From: Malacoraja senta
Taxonomy: Eukaryota
Assembly (NCBI GenBank): GCA_038087875.1
Contig: CM075988.1
Coordinates: forward strand, 17,176,001-17,240,000
Direction of reading: 5' to 3'
DNA length: 64,000 nucleotides
Part shown: one piece after another, positions 25,040 through 39,045 of the stretch
How positions within the stretch are numbered: the first letter of the stretch is position 1
Layout of the letters: every line of letters begins with the position of its first letter
The notes under the pieces: generated by a model
Databases searched by the model: none
The model's input: only the letters and a program-made list of their open reading frames with translations
What the model was told of the DNA's origin: nothing
Program-made: the position numbers and the translations under genes

Positions 25040-26030
25040 AGGGGAAAGAGTGGAACAAGAGCTGGTGGTGGGGTTGTGTTGAAACTGCCAATAATGTCAG
25101 AGAATAATGTGGTGGGCTGAAAGGTAAGGACGAGGAGAACCCTATCCTAGTTCTATCTGGATGGGAGAGGAGCAAGAGTAGAATTGCAGGGAACAGAGGA
25201 GAAACGGATGCCGTAGAAGCGAAACTATCCACAACAGCGGGAAGGAAACCACATTTCGTGAAGAAAGATGACATCTCAGATGGCCCAGAGTGAGAGGACT
25301 TATCTTGAGAGCAGTTACAACAGGGTTGGAGAAACTGCAAGAAAGGAATGGCATCCTTGGTCCTTGTAAGCGACAGGGTGGGAGGTTGTCGAGGTAGCTG
25401 TGGGAGTCAGTGATTTTGCAATAAATGTCTTATGATAGTCTATCCCCTGAGTAGGAGGCAGAGATTAAGAAAGGAGAGAAAAGTATCAGAGATGGGTCAG
25501 ATTAATTCAAGGGCAGGGTGGAAGTTCATAGGATCATAAGTAATAGTAGAATTAGGCCATTCGGCCCAGCATGTCTACTCTGCAATTCAATCATGGCTGA
25601 TATATCTCTCCCTCCTAACCCCATTCTCATGCTTTCTCCCCATAAGCTCTGACACCCAAGTTGGTGGTGAAATTGATAGATTCTGCACAGATACAGGAGG
25701 CATCCACAATGCAGTTGGAGTTGGCCAGTGCAGTTGGAGAAAGAGTTGCGGAGTGGTGCCAGGTTATGTTTGGAACAAGGGGTGTTCGGCATGGCTAATG
25801 TACCCAATGAAAGGACAGGCAAAGCTGGGGCCCATGCAAGTCCAAGGCTGCACCTTTGAAGTGAGAGGGATCAAAAGAAAATTTGTTGGGAGCGATGACA
25901 AGTCCTGCCAGGTGGAAGAGAATGTTGGTTGAGGATAACTGATTAGGTCTCTGTTCTATGAACAAATGGAGGCCTTCCTAATGAGGAACGGATGTGTAAA
26001 GGGAGTGGGTGTCCATGGTAAAGGTGAGGT
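25040..26030 (-). mobile_element. Degenerate Penelope-like RT fragment interrupted by a CR1-type tail (about 25526-25655)
   Basis: Homologous to 39800-40630 (SSHSGPSEMSSFFTKCGF versus AFHTRASEMSSFFRERGF). Confidence 0.7.
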
Positions 26031-26312
26031 ATGTAGAACGGAACAGCAGATGCTGGTTTAAACTGAAGATGGACACAAAAAGCTGGAGTAACTCAGCAGG
26101 ACAGCATATTTTCCTTCTCTCCAGAGATGCTGCCTGTCCCACTGAGTTACTCCAGCTTTTTGTGTATAGATGATTGGAAGTAATTGGAAGTTATTGAAGT
26201 GGGTGGAGAATGTGCAAGATGTCCCAGATATAGCTTAGACCCGTCTGCTATATTTCATTTACACCTAGAAAAGTGACAAATGGAATTCAGTCTGGCAGAA
26301 TGAGGTAAGTAA

Positions 26313-26610
26313 AGGGCCTGTCCCACTTTCCCGAGTTACTCACAAATTCTCCTGAGTTTTCCCCTTGATTCAAACTCGGAGATGCCAGCCGTAGGTACTC
26401 GGGGATATTTTTTTTACTCGTGGACATTTTTCATCATGCTGAAAAAAAGTCCCGACTTACCTGATGCCCCGAGTTCCTACAGCTGGCGTAACGAGCCGCT
26501 ACGCTATATCTACGGACTCCTACGGACTCGCTACGGACATTCTCCTACTTTGAATCAAGGGGAAAACTCGGGAGAATTCGTGAGTAATTCGGGAAAGTGG
26601 GACAGGCCCT
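26313..26610. mobile_element. PIF/Harbinger (Tourist-like) MITE
   Basis: Long TIRs beginning AGGGCCTGTCCCACTTTCCCGA; TAA duplicated at 26310-26312 and 26611-26613. Confidence 0.85.
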
Positions 26611-27419
26611 TAAGCACATAATAAATAATAGGACTGAGAAGTGTGGCAATAGAAATAAATAATAGAATAAGGAGCATTATGAAGGAATCTTAGAATGAGT
26701 GGCCACCAATATTTGAAAGCCACCAGGACTAGATGAGGCAGACACAAGAAACTCCAGACATTGGAATCTTGAGCAAACGACAAATTGCCTGATGAACTCA
26801 GCGGGTCAGGCAGTGTCTGAAGATGGAAACGTCTGAAGAAGGGTCCTGACTTGCAGCGTCGCCTGTCCATTTCCCCCCTCCCATGCTGCCTGACAGCAGA
26901 GTTCTTGAACATTTTTACGAGTTCCGGGATACTTGTCTTTAATTACCCTGAGCAGTGAAGGTAGAGCAGCGAGGTCTTTGTAGAACTGTGACAACAGCGG
27001 AGAGAGCACAGCAAGAATATTGTGCATTTTTCTGGTCCTCACATTGCAGGAAGGGATGTGATTTAGAACGGAGCGTGCAGTAATGATTTACAAGAATGTT
27101 GACAATGTTGATATCTTTAGCTCTGGAGAAAACAAGGATTGTTTATATTGCCTGTGGGGAGATTTAATTGAGGTGTATAAAATTATGAATTACCAAGGCA
27201 AAGTGGATAGGGAGGGTCCACTTCCCTTTAACTAAAGATCAATAACCAGGGGGCAAAGAGTTAAATTATTTGTCAGAAGAATTATAGAGGGAACGATGAG
27301 AATTTGTTTCCATCCGGAGGGAGCGGTTGGCTGAAAGGGCAATAGTGGCAGAACCTAAATAGCATTTAAACCGTTCTTGAAATGCCAGAGCTGGGAAGTT
27401 GAAGCAGACAGAATGTCAC

Positions 27420-27965
27420 ATTCATATGACATAGAAGCAGAATGACGCCATTCAGCCCATTGGGAGTCTGCTCAGCCATTCGATCATGACTGATCTTTTT
27501 TTCCCTCAACTCCTGTCTTCAACCCATAATCCCTGACACCTTTACTATTCACGAGCCTATCAATCTCTGCTTTAAAAATACCCAATGACTTGGCCTCCAC
27601 AGCCATCAGTGTCAACAAATTCCATAGATTCACCCCCCTCTGGCAAAAAAAAATCCTCCTCATCTCCTACAGCCTCCAATATCTAGAAATATTAATTCAT
27701 CGTCCTTTCATTCTGAGGCTGTGCCCTCTGGTGCTAGACTCTCCCACTACTGGAAACATCCTCTCCACATACACTCTTTCTAGGCCTTTAATTATTTGGT
27801 AGGTTTCAATGAGATCCCCCCACATCCTTCTAAACTCCAGTGAATACAGGCCCAGAGCCTTCAAATGCTCATCGTACATCAACCCAATCATCCCTGGGAT
27901 AATTCTCTTAAACCTCCTCTGGACCCTCTGGATGCCAACACATCTTTCCTCAGATACGGGGCCCA
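27420..27965 (-). mobile_element. CR1 LINE 3' fragment
   Basis: RVQRRFKRIIPGM...LGLYSLEFRRMWGDLIETYQI...TRGHSLR. Confidence 0.85.
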
Positions 27966-29534
27966 CCACCATAGATACGATGGGCTGAACAGTTCCCTTC
28001 TGCTTAATAATTTTTTCGGATTGTTGATTCTATGCCTATGGGCACATCCAAGAAGAAGGTTTCTCAGAATAACTTTCTTCAGTAGCTACCACCCAGACCA
28101 TTTTTGCCATATTCCTCTTTATGAACAATGTAATAAGTGTTTCTTTGAATTTTGCTTTTCTATTTCACTTGAATGAAATACATTTCTTCCTGGGATCTAT
28201 GGAATTTTAACAATGTATGTTTGTCATCAATGTTTTTAGCCTTTTCACCTTTAGCGTGATTACCCTGCGTTTTTCAATTAAACATATCACAGCTCAGACA
28301 GAAGATAGACACGAAATGCTGGAGTAACTCAGCCTTCTTTGGATAGAAGGCAGCATCTCTGGATAAAAGGAATGGGTGACATTTTGGGTCGAGACCCTTC
28401 TTCAGACAACAGCTCGGGTTGTGTGAATCTGTAGTACCTATCCGTCTATTTAATAATACCTCTTGGGCTCTAAGCAACCTTTTTGTCAGTAGTCCAGTCA
28501 CGCAGTACAGAAAAGGGCCGTTCAGCCCAACAAGACCATACTGACCAGTGAACAGCTGTTTATGCCAACCCCACATTAATCCCATTTTATTGCTCCCATA
28601 TTCCCACCAAACCCCCTTCCTCTCATTGTCACACCTTCATGCACACAAGAGTTTATTTACTGTGGCCAATTAACCTACCAACCAGCATGTCTTTGAAATG
28701 TGGGAGGAAACCAGAGCATTTGCAGTGAACCCATGTGGTCACTGGGAAATTGTGTGACCTCTATCAAGAACCAAGATTGAACTCGGAGCACTGAAGCTGC
28801 AAGGTTGCAGTATGTAATGCCACTATGCATTACATGGAAAATTGCAGCACGTCATAATAAGTTACTGTTTTACCTGCAAGAACCGTTTAAAATCTCCAAA
28901 ATAAGCCTCACAATCTCTTTGAATCTGAAAAGACCTGTATGATTAGATGCCATCAGTAATAGATTCATAGATTTAACCACAGCAAATGGATTGGATTCCC
29001 TTCCATGTACAGCTTGTGATGCATGAGGAAAAGAAGGATGTGATATTCCTTGTAGGATTTTATTTCTAGGTATTGGAGGCTGTAGGAGGGAATTTTTTGT
29101 TATACCCGTACCCTGAACCTGGCTTTACTTGGAGCCCAGCTCAGATAGGCACGGACACAAAATAAAACATCTTGCAGATCCGTCATCAGAGCCTCTGGAG
29201 AATTTGTCACGGGTGTGTGATTATGTCAGCAATGGTGAGAGGGTTCATGCAGTTGCATTGTTGCACTCTGCTGTATGTAGAAAGAGAAGGGGAGCCTACA
29301 ATTCGTAATAGGGGATCTTGAGAGAAGCCCTATTTGGGGTGGTAAGCAGCAGGAAACATGAGAACTTGGCTGAAAGGTTGGCTTTAATTGAACGTTGATG
29401 AAACTGGCTGTAATGTCAATGTAGTCAAAATATTTTGATATCTAGATTGCCGTGAACATGAGTTTAACCTAATGGTTCTGAATTTGTCAGTGACCTTTGC
29501 TGACTTCATTTGGAAGTAACCCAAGAATGGTTTG

Positions 29535-29838
29535 TTTAGTTTAGAGGTACAGCATGGAAACAGGCCCTTTGGCCCTTCGAGTCCACGTTGACCATCGATC
29601 ACCCGTTCACACTAGTTCTCTGTTATCCCATTTTCTCATCCACTCCTTACACACCAGGGACAATTTACAAAGGCCAATCAACCTGCAAACCCCCACGTCT
29701 TTGGGATGTGGGAGGAAACGGGAGCATCCGGAGGAATGCCACATGGTCACAGGGAGAACATACAAACTCCACACAGGATCAAACCACATCTTTGGCGCTG
29801 TGAGGCAGTAGCTATACCAGCTGTGCCACTGTGCTGCC
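29535..29838 (-). mobile_element. tRNA-derived V-SINE-like element
   Basis: Reverse complement of the 47806-48070 family (TGTGGAGTTTGTATGTTCTCCCTGTGACC core). Confidence 0.75.
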
Positions 29839-32800
29839 TAAAATTCCTTGAACAAAATTGTGAAATATTTACAAATGTGTTAATATTTGTCCTTATTCTG
29901 CCAAAGGACAATAACTGAATGTTACCTTGAAAGACACAAAAGTATATTCAGTCATTGTATTAAACATTTTTCATTTTGTAGCATTGGGGCCGGAGGGGGC
30001 AGTACATCATGGTAGTGTCCTTAAACTATAAAATTATGAGAGGCTTAAATAGGGTATTCAGTCAAAATCTTTATCCCAGGTTGGAAATGTCAAACTCTAG
30101 ATGGCATAATTTTAAGGTGAGAGAGGCACAGTTTAAAGGAGATGTGCATGGGCTAGTTCAAGTTTTTTTACACGAGGGAACAACGGGTGACTGGAACACT
30201 CTGCCAAGGGGAGTGTGGTGGCAGATATGAAAGTCGCATTTAAGAGGCCTTTAGATAGGCATCATATTTGGCACAGAGATTGTGGGCTGAAGAGCCCGTT
30301 GCTGCGCTGTACTGTTCTATGCTCTATGTGTGAACTATTGTTTTGAAGCTTGTTCAGTCCAATTAAGGAAATGATTTGAAGTGTCTTGTCCATTTTCATT
30401 GGGTGCAGATTCAAGAAGTCCCATAAGTTTGCATAAACATGCATGTCAATCATCAAAGATGAGTGCATTTTGGAGGCACAATTGGTGCATCGTATTTAAA
30501 GACAAAACCAGTTGGTGTCACGCCATTCTTTCTGCAGTTCACTTCCAATGAGAACCCGGCTGCAGGTAAAAACAATCCTGTATTTTCCTGTTGTATAAAC
30601 TGCATTTTCAGGTCCTGCTTGCATTTGCAGTGGTTGGGATCTCTCTCACCTGCATGAGGACCCATACAGGGTGAAGAAAGAATGAGAAAATGGGGGTGTG
30701 GGGGAGAGCAATTCTCCAATAGAAAAAGTGCCAGCTACATGCAGGGAGGTATGTGTGCTGACTTTATGGAGGGTTTTATGGAGTAGCAAAGATTCAATAA
30801 AGGTGTGCCGATAGCATTAGATGGAATGGGGAGATGGGATAAAGAGTGGCAGTTGCAACTGTAGCAGTCGGAGAAATGTGTTAGGTTAATTTCAAATAAA
30901 AACTGATGTGGCCGCAAGATTACTTTGGGGTGGGTTGGTAATGTATTAGGATGAAGAGGATAAAAATCCTTGGTTCTACAGAAAAAGTGTACTAAGATTT
31001 GGAGGAGGTGGGAATGTCCTTCAAATGATGACATGTGATGAAATAGTCACAGTGGGTTCATTTTGCCCATTATCTGAACCTCGCTCACAGGTAATAATTG
31101 GATATGGAGCACTGCTCATTAGGGAGGCAGCTGGCCCATTGTTCATTTATTAACTTAAAGTGCAGCTAAAACACCGTCACTGTTGTGGGTATCTTCTTGC
31201 GCTATTTCCCGCTGTAGTTTGCATGCAACCAATGCAATTCAGCCGGGCACAGCAACTCACAAATAGTCTATGAAGCGGTGAGAATAGAATATACAGCTGA
31301 GGAACTGATGAGGTAACCTTTTTGGAAAGTGGTGTTCCGTTAAAAATCCAAATTACATCCTTCCCATTTTTCTGATTAATATTTGTCAATTGTGAAATAT
31401 CAGCATGTTTAAGTGTGGGAGCTATTTTAAAAATAAATCTCCCATCTCTTCCCGCCACCAAGATTTCTCAACTCTATTTCATCTTAATCAGTACTCCGAT
31501 CACTAGGCAACAATTTAAAAGTTCCTCTGCCCATCAATCTCCCTCCATAAATTTTTGCTACTTCAAAACACTGTCACCTGTGTTCTATTACCATTGTCCA
31601 TTACATCTCTTACTGCAGTCCTATATTAACCACTGATCCACTGAATGTTACCATTTAAGTTATAGAGCATCACGCAATATACTGTAGCTTAATTACCCTG
31701 TCATTTGTTTTAGCGACTGTGCATCCTTTTCTCGTTGGCCAGCTGGTACTACTTTTCCAGAAGGAATACTTCTCAAGTCCCTTGCTATGTAACAGAAGGA
31801 GGCCAATCAGCCCATCAAGTTAATGCTGACTCACAGCAGAGCAGTCCCACTAATAGCTCCTCCTCCCTATTTCTGTGGTGCCCTGCAACTTCTCATCTCC
31901 TCCATGCCCATCTACTCCCCTTTGGTTGTTTCTTTAGGGATAATAAGCTGCAGTTAACCTACCAGTGCATCTTTGGAACGTGGGTGGAAACAAGATCACT
32001 TGGTGGTTTGGTGATATACACACATGTGCATACACACACGCACATATACATGTATAGATGTGTGTGTGTGTATATATATTGTTTTAAACAGGCTAACTCC
32101 TGGAAGTGCAGCTAATTTGTTGGAATACTAATCATGGACCACTCAGCTGGGGGAGAACTTGGTCTTCTCACCCAACACTGCACCCGTTCACTTTCCAATT
32201 TGAATTTCCAATTTGCATTTCCATCTGACGGTGCTGACTCGAAGGGCCGAATGGCCTACTCCTGCACCTATTTTCTATTGTCAAGAAGATTTGGAAAACC
32301 TGCTGGATATTCCCCCCCTCCCTCCCCACCACCTCCTGGGGAAATTGTGAGGGAGAGATGAATAATCTCAAGGGCAGCCAGGGACTGAATCAAGGACATC
32401 CTGGCTTGTTCAGAATACTCAATGCCATTGATATTATCTTGCATATGCATTGGAGGATTAATCATGGGGAATGCATAACCAAGCACGTCTAATCAATCTA
32501 ATCCTGTTGTACTGCATTTCCACAAGTCAACCTGCTGGCTGGCACTTCACTACATAAAAGTCATTATCCATTGTTAGTATTCCAACGAATTAGCTGCATT
32601 TCCAGGAGTTAGCCCATTTAAAACAAATACATATTCATTGCTCAGATCTATCTGTGATCCTTCAAACAACAGAACAGTATGTGCTGCTGGAAGGCCATCG
32701 TGTACAGCACTGTATGCAAGCGTTGGTAGTGCTTGAGCACTGCAAACATTTTCTTGAGGCCAAGAGAAAAATAATAGTGTTCGATCACAGGCAGCTCTTT

Positions 32801-34399
32801 GCAGAACCACCCCCAATTCCCCAAACAATAAACTAAGGTACCTGAGGGAAGGTTCACAATATGAGACGTATCAAGGCTGGCAAGATAATAGGATAAATTG
32901 TGAGGGAAATCAAGATGGATCAATTGGGTGATTGCAACCATGTTATTAAGCTGGAAAGAGTGCAGAGAAGATTTCCGAGGATGCCGCCAGGACTTGAGGG
33001 CCTGAAGTTGGGCAGGCTAGGACTTTATTCCTTGGGGATCAGGAGTCTGTGGGGTGATCTTTTGAAGATGTATAAAATCTTGTGGGGAATACATAGGATG
33101 AATGCAGGGTAGGGGAATCAAGAACCAGAGGGCACAAGTTTAAGGTGAGAGGGCCAAAATTTAATTGAAACCTCAGGAGTAACTTTTTAGACAATAGGTG
33201 CAGGAGTAGGCCATTCGGCCCATTGAGCCAGCACCGCCATTCAATGTGATCATGGCTGATCATCCACAATCATTACCCCTGTTCCTTCCTTCTCCCCATA
33301 TCCCCTGACTCCGCTATCTTTAAGAGCCCTATCTAGCTCTCTCTTGAAAGTATCCAGAGAACCTGCCTCCACCGCCCTCTGAGGCAGAGAATTCCACAGA
33401 CGCACAACTCTCTTTGTGAAAAAGTGTTTTCACACAGAAGGTGGTGGGTATATGGAATGGGGTGCCAGAGGAGGTAGATGAGGCAACTAGTTCATACCTC
33501 TAGTTTCTCTCTCCCCTGACTCGCAGCCTGAAGAAGGTTTCCGACATGAAACGTCACCTATTCCTTTTTTCCAGTGATGCTGCCTAGCCTGCTGAGTTAC
33601 TCCAGCACTTTGTGTCTATATTCTGCGAATGTATGCGTTTGGACTGGCAGGTTTTCAAGATTATCCCCAAAGAGGAATCAGAAGTGGTTCGGGGAGGCAC
33701 TTCCAGAGCTTGGGCACTGAAGACAGTTGCTGATATGAAGCAAATTCCCAAATGTGCAAGAGGCAAGAATTGATGTAGAGCAGTAGGTGCAGGGCTGGAA
33801 ATGCAAAAACAGCTATGTTCTGTTTACCACCTGTATATCATTGTATATATTTTATTTTTGGTTTCCTGTAGTGTGTTTGCCTGCGCAAGATTCAGTTGTG
33901 CTTTGAGTCATTATACAGGAAGAATGTTTTTGAACCGTGGAATATTTCAAGTGTGATGTTCATCGTCCTATTATTGCTGATGCTGCAATTTAGAATAATG
34001 ATTTTGGTAACATCTTAAGTGTCTATTTTTCCTCGAGTGTATTAGCATCAAGATAGCATGAAAAAAATCCTTCGAGCAGAAAGAATGTGAAAGTGGTTTC
34101 TGACACGCGAGGAAGCTTGTAAGATATTTAATCAGAGGTGCACACTTTTATCTCCGTTTTCCCAACTCCAAATCCCCTCCAAAGCAGCCAGTTAATTTTC
34201 AGTTTCCATGGCTATTTCTCTGCCACCTGTTGCTTTTGCTCATTGGTCATTAATCAAATGTTTTTATTGTATCGCAGATATTTAAAAATTAGACAGCGAC
34301 CATTCAACTCATTATGTCTGATTCAGCCGAAAATGTACTTTGGACTAATCTCATGTCAATCTTAGTTTGCAGTCCTGCAGGTTTTACTTCTACAACTGT

Positions 34400-34695
34400 T
34401 TTGTTTAGTTTAGTTTAGAGATACAGTGCGAAAACAGTCCTTGAGACCCACCGTGTCCACTCCGACCAGCGTTCCCCGTATACTAGAACTATCCTACATA
34501 CGAGGGACGTTACAATTATTACCAAAGCTGATTAACCAACAAACCTGTACATCTTTCAAGTGTGGGAAGAAGCCGGGACACCTGGAGAAAACCCATGCAG
34601 ATCATGGAGAGAACGTACAGACAGCACCCGTAGACAGGATTGAACCCGGGACTCTGGCGCTGGAAGACAGCAACCCCCCCGCCACCGTGCTGCCC
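34400..34695 (-). mobile_element. tRNA-derived V-SINE-like element
   Basis: B-box GGTTCAATCC on minus strand, conserved core and (CTAAA)n tail. Confidence 0.75.
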
Positions 34696-36264
34696 TGTTC
34701 TTCCAGATATTTTTTAAACAAGATGAAGAATTTGCCTTCAATACCCTTTCAGAGAGTAAGATCCAGAATTAAATCAACGTTTTCTTTCTTAACTCCTTTC
34801 GAGGCCTTATACCAATTAATTTAAATCAATGCTTCCGAGTTACTAACCTCTTAGTAGGGAAAATAAGTAATCTTTTAATCTTGGAGACACGGAACTGCTG
34901 ATGCTGGAATCCTGAGCAAAACACAAATGCTGGAGGAACTCAGCGGGTCAGGCAGCGTCTGTGGAGGGAACGGACAGACGACGTATCAGGCTGCGATCCT
35001 TCTTCATTCCGATGAACTTCATCAATCCGAAGAAGGGTTTAGTTCCAAAACATCGCCTCTCCTATCCATCGACAGATGCTGCCTGACCTGTTGAGTTACT
35101 CCAGCATTTTCTGTTTTGCTCCTTTTTTTGCCTTGTCTAGGGTTCTACTTTACCAAGAAACCAGATAACATGTGGAAACTGACATCAGCCGGAGCGGTTG
35201 TGGTGAGAATGGTAGCTACACATGAGGAGAGGGAACATACTGATCGTGTGAGATGGTGGAATGAGGCTTGTGGACAGGAGCGCTGGTAAAAAGCTATCGC
35301 GCTGAATGGTCTGTTTTTGTGCTGTGGCTTCACTTGTTATTGGCTAGACTTGTTATTGGCAAATACTGTAGAATCATATTGCAATACAGATCTTAAATCA
35401 TTCCCAATTCTTGCATTGTGCAAAAGAACTGGCTATGGAAAACTGTTCATGTGCTTCTGAGTCACACAATCGCTGTTAAGCATCTTTTCCAAAACACTCA
35501 CACACACACATACACACACACACACACTGTGAAAAGAAACAAAAAATATGGCTTGGAATTCTGCATTAAGATTTCTCCCGGCACTCATCAAAATGCTCCA
35601 GGCTAATATTTTTCCATTTCCTGTACCAGTTACCTTGTGGTCTCTTCATGTGAGAGCACTAATGAGTTGCTAAATTAGGGGTAGCTTTTCTGCCTTGGGG
35701 GCCATGACCCTTGAAGACATTCTGCAAACATGTTTCACAAAGGATCGGTTCTGCCAAAAGAACTCCACACCACGTCATCTTGTCCCTCAGTCCTAAGCGG
35801 AACAAAAAATATATATAGTTTATCTGGCTATTATATCATTTATTGTTTTCAAAACCTTGGATTACACGTTCACTGCTTCAATTCTATGTCTTATCTTGTG
35901 CTTTAAACCAAAATGGAGGCACAATTTGGAATGGTGTAAATGTAATTGAGGACCTGACTTGTTTTCATTATGGGCAGAGTACTCAATGAGACCTCTGTCT
36001 GGCGGTAAACAATGATTTTCTTTATTCTGAAGTAGTATGGTTTAAAAAGATAACAATCCTAGCTTTCTTTGTTTTCATTTGTGAGATATAGGCATCACCA
36101 GCATTTTATTGCTCATCCCTAATTACCATTGAGAAGATGGTGTTAACCCGCTTATTTGTACTGCCATTGTCCTTCTGGTGAAGACGCTTTCACAGTGCTT
36201 TTTGTTAGTGTGTTCCAGGTATAGAACAAACATCAGTGAAGCACAGGCAATATATTTACAAATT

Positions 36265-37325
36265 GAATGAGCCCATTGTATTAGAGGGAAGATACTAGCA
36301 TGGATAGAAGGTTGACTGAAAGGCAGAAGGCAAAGGCTGGGAATAGAAGGGGCTTTTTCTGGTTGACTGCCAGTGACTAGTGGTATTCCGCAGGGGTCGG
36401 CGTTGGGGACACTCTTCTTCACGTTGTATATCAATGATTTGGATGATGGAATTCATTGCTTTGTGGCAATATTTAGAGTGATACGAAGATGGGTGGAGGG
36501 GCAGGTCGTGTAAAGGTCGTCTGCAGAAAGACTTGGACAGGTTAGGAGAGTAGGCAAAGAAGTGGCAGATGGAATACAGCATAGCACTTTGGTAGTAGAC
36601 TGTTTTCTAATTGGGGAGAGGATTTAAAAATCGGAGGTGCAAAAGGACTTGGGAGTGCTGGTGCAGGATTCCCAAAAGGTTCATTTACAAGTTGAATCGG
36701 TAGTAAGGAAGGAAATACAATGTTAGCATTTATTTTGAGAGGACTGGAATATAAAGGCCAGAATGTATGTAATGCTGAGGCTTTATAAAACACTGGTCAG
36801 ACTGCATTTGGAGTATTGAGAGCAGTTTGGGGTCCCATATCTGAGGAAGGATGTGCTGGTGTTGGAGAGGGTTCAGTGGAGGTTTACAAGAATGATCCCA
36901 GGGATGATTGAGTTAACAGAGCTTTTCATGGCTCTGGCCCAGTACTCACTGGTGTTTACAAGGGTGAGGGGGGACCACATTGAAACTTACTGAAGAGTGA
37001 AAGGCCTGGATAGAATGGATCTGGAGAGGATTTTCTACTAGTGGGAGAGTCTAGGACCAGAGGGCACAGCCTCAGAATAGAAGGATGTATCTTTAGACAG
37101 AGTATGGTGAATCTGTGGAATTCATTGCCTGTGGAGGCCAAGTCATTTGGGTATTTTTAAAGAGGAGATTGATAGATTCTTGATTAGTAAGGCTGTCGAG
37201 TGTTATGGGGAGAAGGCAGGAAAATTGAGGTTGAGAAGGATAGATAGATCAGCCATGATTGAATGGTGGAGTAGATTAGATGGGCCGAATGGTCTAATTC
37301 TGCTCCTATGACTTATGAACATGAA
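36265..37325 (+). mobile_element. CR1 LINE ORF2 3' fragment (decayed)
   Basis: [28 protein letters not shown] motif, CR1 C-terminal motifs and TATGAAC tail. Confidence 0.85.
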
Positions 37326-38782
37326 CACATAACTTGGATGGGAATCTGCAGGTAATGACAGTGCTTTTCTGTCAAATTATGAGCTGCTATGACATGGCAA
37401 GGGGTTTTATTTAAGGAGAGGCTGTGAACACGACTGACTATGCCACTGTGGAATGTATAGGGAATATCTAGTCATAGAATCGTACAGCAAGGAAACGGGT
37501 CTTTTGGCCAACACGCCAGTCCGTCTAAGATGCCCCATCTAAGCTTGTCCCATTTGCCTGCATTTGGCCAATAATCCCTCTAAACCTTTCCTATCCATGT
37601 ATGTACCTGTTAAAGTATCTTTTAAATGCTGTAATAGTATATAGCTCAACTACCTCCTCTGGCAGCTCGTTCCATGTGGTGGAAAAGTTGCCTCTGAGTG
37701 AAAAAGTTGCCCCTGAGATGCATATTAAATCCTGCCCTCTCTCACTTTAAACATAGGTCCTCTTATTTTTGATTCCCCTATCCTGGGGACTCTGCATTCT
37801 GTTCCTGTCATGAATGTATGAAGTGTTTTTGTTTTTGTTTTTGTTTTGTAGATATATTTGATTCTGAATGGAGTTTATATTTGAAATAAAAATAAATATT
37901 GGCTCCTCTAAACAGTTAAACATCATTATTTTGTTTTTCTGGCCAAGTGACATATGTTTATTGATTGTGCATACTAGCAGTATTTTATATCCAAAAACGC
38001 ACTGGGTAATGTAATTCTGCAGACGTTGGAATCTAAAACAAGAACAGAAATACTGGAAGAACTTGACCAGTCAAGCCACATCTATGAAAGAAAAAAGTAG
38101 TTAATGAGTCTGAGGAAGGTTTCCTGAACAAAAACCTCAACTGATTTCTTGTTCGACAAGTCTTGTTTGGATGAGTTGTTCCAGCATTTCTGTTTTTACT
38201 GCAGGTGGTGGTGTTCCTACTAACGTCATTCTAAATCTCATCTGGCAGGACGTTCTGAAGTTTTTATTGTGTGCAGCATGATGCAGAGAATTCCCAATTG
38301 CCTTCCTATACACATAAAGGAAGCACACCTCTAGATTCAGGGACAGTGTTTTCCCAGCTGTTAACAGGCAACTAAAACCATCCTATCACTAACCAGAGAG
38401 CAGTCCTGACCTCCCATCAACCTTAATGGAGTCCTTTGAACTATCCTTAATCGGACTTTACTGGACTTTACCACTAAACTTTATCCTGTATCTGTACACT
38501 GTGGACGGCTTGATTGTCAACATGTATAGCCTTTTTGCTGACTGGATAGCAGGCGACAAGTAAAAAAGCTTTTCATTGTACACGTAACAATATTAAAAAT
38601 TAAATTCAACTAAACTAATCTAAAGGGTCAATAAAGAGAAAGTCGTGTCATGGGATTGTTTCTGGGCCATATAAAGTTCATTTTCCTTCTTGCTAAATAT
38701 TTGAAAAGGGAATATTTGTGGAAGAACAACAGGGAAGTACAATTAATTTGTAGCTCTTCCCAAATGGCTAAATACGAAGATG

Positions 38783-39045
38783 TTCACTTGTACCTCCTCC
38801 AACCTCATCTACTGTATCTGTTGTTCAAGATGTGGACTCTTATACATCGGCGAGACCAAACGCAGATTGGGCGATCATTTCGCGGTACACCTTCGCTCAG
38901 CCTGTGTGAACCAACCTGATCTCCCAGTTGCTGGACACTAATTCTCCTACCCATTCCTACACAGACCTTTCTGTTCTCAGTCTCCTCCATTGTCAGAGTG
39001 AGGCTAAATGCAAATTGGAGGAACAGCATCTCATATTTCGCTTGG
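38783..39045 (+). mobile_element. Penelope-like GIY-YIG fragment abutting the large element tail-to-tail
   Basis: FTCTSSNLIYCICCSRCGLLYIGETKRRLGDHFA...KLEEQHLIFRL. Confidence 0.85.
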
